From an uncultured Aliarcobacter sp. (GTDB taxonomy: Bacteria; Campylobacterota; Campylobacteria; Campylobacterales; Arcobacteraceae): a stretch of DNA of 64,000 bases. Positions 61,762-64,000 of this stretch are shown here, piece after piece. The translations under genes and the position numbers were made by a program. The first letter of the stretch is position 1, and every line of letters begins with the position of its first letter. The stretch lies in contig OY781945.1 in NCBI GenBank assembly GCA_963677435.1, forward strand, positions 896,001 through 960,000, read 5' to 3'. The notes beneath the pieces are model-generated. The model did not search any database. It saw only the letters and a list, made by a program, of their open reading frames with translations, and was not told the origin of the DNA.

Positions 61762-61977
61762 ATGTTTCACGAATACAGAGATGTAATTACAGAATTAAAA
61801 CAAAAAGATGGACACTTTCACAAACTTTTTGAAAGACATAATGAGTTAGATGATATTATTGCAAAACTTGAAGAATCACATGCTGATCAATTCGAAATTG
61901 AAGCAAGTAAAAAAGAAAAATTAAAATTAAAAGATGAAATTTATTCTATTATTATCAAATATAAGAGTGAAAATTAA
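61762..61977 (+). CDS. YdcH/DUF465 family small coiled-coil protein
   Basis: MFHEYRD.I..LK..D.HF..LF..HN.LD..I...KKEKLKLKDEI; AGGA RBS; TATAAT upstream. Confidence 0.88.
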   Translation: MFHEYRDVITELKQKDGHFHKLFERHNELDDIIAKLEESHADQFEIEASKKEKLKLKDEIYSIIIKYKSEN

Positions 61978-61999
61978 TTTTTTAGTTAACTAGAAAATT

Positions 62000-62034
62000 A
62001 GGGGATGAAAGTTTAGGCTTTTGTCCCTTTTTTT
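62000..62034 (+). terminator. Rho-independent terminator after the DUF465 gene
   Basis: gggatgaaagt-ttag-gcttttgtccc stem (with G:U pairs) followed by a T run. Confidence 0.75.
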
Positions 62035-62080
62035 ATATTTATATTTTAATAAATTTTATTACAACTTGTGCTAAGCGCAT

Positions 62081-62092
62081 TTTAGATATAAT
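62081..62092 (+). promoter_or_regulatory. gyrA promoter -10 element (TTTAGATATAAT)
   Basis: Perfect TATAAT at 62087-62092, ~32 bp before ATG 62125. Confidence 0.55.
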
Positions 62093-62124
62093 AAAACAAT
62101 TTTATATTACAAAGGCCTTTTTTT

Positions 62125-64000
62125 ATGGAAAACCTTTTCGAAAATCAAGATATTATAGACATAAATATTGAAGACTCAGTTAAAGCTTCTTATTTAGATT
62201 ACTCAATGAGTGTTATTATAGGTAGAGCATTACCAGATGCAAAAGATGGTTTAAAACCAGTACACAGAAGAATTTTATTTGCTATGCATGATTTAAATAT
62301 TACTTCAAAATCTGCTTATAAAAAATCTGCAAGAATTGTTGGAGATGTTATCGGTAAATATCACCCACATGGTGATACTTCTGTTTATGATGCACTAGTA
62401 AGAATGGCACAAACTTTCTCAATGCGAGCACCACTTGTAGATGGTCAAGGAAACTTCGGTTCTATTGATGGAGACAGCGCTGCAGCTATGAGATATACGG
62501 AAGCTAGAATGACAAAAATAGCAGAAGAAGTTTTAAGAGATTTAGATAAAGATACTGTAAACTTTACTCCAAACTATGATGATACTATGAAAGAACCTTC
62601 AGTTCTTCCAACAAGAGTTCCAACTTTACTTCTAAATGGAAGTGAAGGTATTGCTGTTGGTATGGCTACAAAAATTCCTCCACATAATATTACTGAATTA
62701 TTAAATGCTGTTTTATACACAATTGATAATCCAGAAGCAACTGCTGATGAATTAATGCAATTTATTCAAGGACCAGATTTCCCAACAGGTGGAACAATCT
62801 TTGGTAGACGTGGAATCATTGATGCATATAATACAGGTCGAGGAAGAGTTAGAATTAGAGCTAAACATCATATTGAAACAAGAGGTAAAAAAGAGATTAT
62901 TGTTCTTGATGAATTACCTTATCAAGTTAATAAATCAAGACTAATTGAACTTATTGCAAACCTTGCAAAAGATAAACAAATTGATGGTATTTCAGAAGTT
63001 AGAGATGAATCTGATAGAGAAGGTATTAGAGTTGTAATTGAACTTAAAAAAGATGCGATGAGTGAAATAGTTCTAAACAACTTATATAAATCAACTCCAA
63101 TGGAAACTACTTTTGGAATTATTCTTTTAGCTGTTTATAATAAAGAGCCAAAAGTATTTACATTACCTCAATTATTAACTGTTTTCTTATCACATAGAAA
63201 AACTGTAATTATTAGAAGAACAATTTTTGATTTAGAAAAAGCAAAAGCAAGAGCTCATATTTTAGAGGGTTTAAAAATTGCTTTAGATAATATTGATGAA
63301 GTTGTAAAAATCATTAGAGCAAGTTCAAATGACCAAGAAGCAAAAGATAATTTACAAAATAGATTTGGTTTGAGTCCAATTCAATCACAAGCTATTTTAG
63401 ATATGAGATTAGGAAGATTAACAGGTCTTCAAAGAGATAAATTAGAAGCTGAATATCAAGAATTAATGATTTTAATTGCAGAACTTGAATCAATTTTAAA
63501 ATCTGAAGAGAAATTAAATGAAATTATAAGAGAAGAGTTAACTGATATTCAAGAAAGATTTGCAAGTGATAGAAGAACTGATATTGAAGACTCTTATGAT
63601 GAAATCGATATTGAAGATTTAATTCCAAATGAGCCAATGGTTGTTACAATTACACATAATGGTTATGTAAAAAGAGTTCCAATCAAATCTTATGAAAAAC
63701 AAAGAAGAGGTGGAAAAGGTAAAGTAGCCGTGACTACTCACGATGATGACTTTATTGAGAAATTCTTTGTAAGTAATACTCATGATACTTTAATGTTTGT
63801 TACAAATATGGGACAATTATATTGGTTAAAAGTTTATAAAATTCCAGAAGGAAGTAGAACTGCAAAAGGTAAAGCAGTTGTTAACTTAATCAACTTAAGA
63901 CCTGATGAAAAAATCATGGAAATTATTCCAACTCCTGATTTTGATGAATCTAAATCTTTAGTATTCTTTACAAGAAATGGAATTATAAAAAGAACATCAT
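62125..64000 (+). CDS. gyrA: DNA gyrase subunit A (5' part; runs off the window end, absent from the ORF track)
   Basis: Hand translation: MENLFENQD...[17 protein letters not shown]...[24 protein letters not shown]...[10 protein letters not shown]...QRRGGKG (GyrA box). Confidence 0.97.
   Translation, partial: MENLFENQDIIDINIEDSVKASYLDYSMSVIIGRALPDAKDGLKPVHRRILFAMHDLNITSKSAYKKSARIVGDVIGKYHPHGDTSVYDALVRMAQTFSMRAPLVDGQGNFGSIDGDSAAAMRYTEARMTKIAEEVLRDLDKDTVNFTPNYDDTMKEPSVLPTRVPTLLLNGSEGIAVGMATKIPPHNITELLNAVLYTIDNPEATADELMQFIQGPDFPTGGTIFGRRGIIDAYNTGRGRVRIRAKHHIETRGKKEIIVLDELPYQVNKSRLIELIANLAKDKQIDGISEVRDESDREGIRVVIELKKDAMSEIVLNNLYKSTPMETTFGIILLAVYNKEPKVFTLPQLLTVFLSHRKTVIIRRTIFDLEKAKARAHILEGLKIALDNIDEVVKIIRASSNDQEAKDNLQNRFGLSPIQSQAILDMRLGRLTGLQRDKLEAEYQELMILIAELESILKSEEKLNEIIREELTDIQERFASDRRTDIEDSYDEIDIEDLIPNEPMVVTITHNGYVKRVPIKSYEKQRRGGKGKVAVTTHDDDFIEKFFVSNTHDTLMFVTNMGQLYWLKVYKIPEGSRTAKGKAVVNLINLRPDEKIMEIIPTPDFDESKSLVFFTRNGIIKRTS

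Noticed and set aside
62125..64000. Large gap in the ORF track; possible ncRNA or intein-containing region
   Set aside because: It is gyrA, omitted because its stop lies beyond the window. The sequence around the catalytic Tyr (AAMRYTEAR) is uninterrupted.

Overview
AT-rich chromosomal segment of a Campylobacterota bacterium. An Arcobacteraceae member is most likely (inference from gene content, the fdx-ppx-waaC-lpxL and rpmB-K+ channel synteny, GyrA Thr85 numbering and recurring TTAGRTAYAAT-like promoters). Contents in order: yigZ; a stand-alone GspD-type secretin; a two-gene unit of degenerate proteins (a membrane-anchored HNH lacking its catalytic His, and an SdhB/SdhE-like fusion lacking Fe-S cysteines); murA; an EamA / FMN glutamate-synthase-like / small membrane protein / K+ channel module running into kdsA-ribH-nusB-pyrF; a 10-tRNA operon; a signalling block (orphan dual-binding-domain kinase, MCP, radical SAM, two-component system, TRAP dctPQM); gltBD; a ~21 kb LPS/LOS core locus with a Klebsiella-like uronic-acid core gene set and six GT9 enzymes; rpmB, a K+ channel, argJ, a DUF465 gene and the 5' part of gyrA. 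I saw no IS element, prophage, integrase, CRISPR array or rRNA. The window is mostly core genome, and I cannot claim a clearly new multi-gene system. The best leads are three apparent pseudo-enzymes, two genes that appear to need non-canonical (ATT/ATA) start codons, the orphan secretin, and the GltS-like/K+ channel module. All family assignments are from motif recognition by eye, not database searches.
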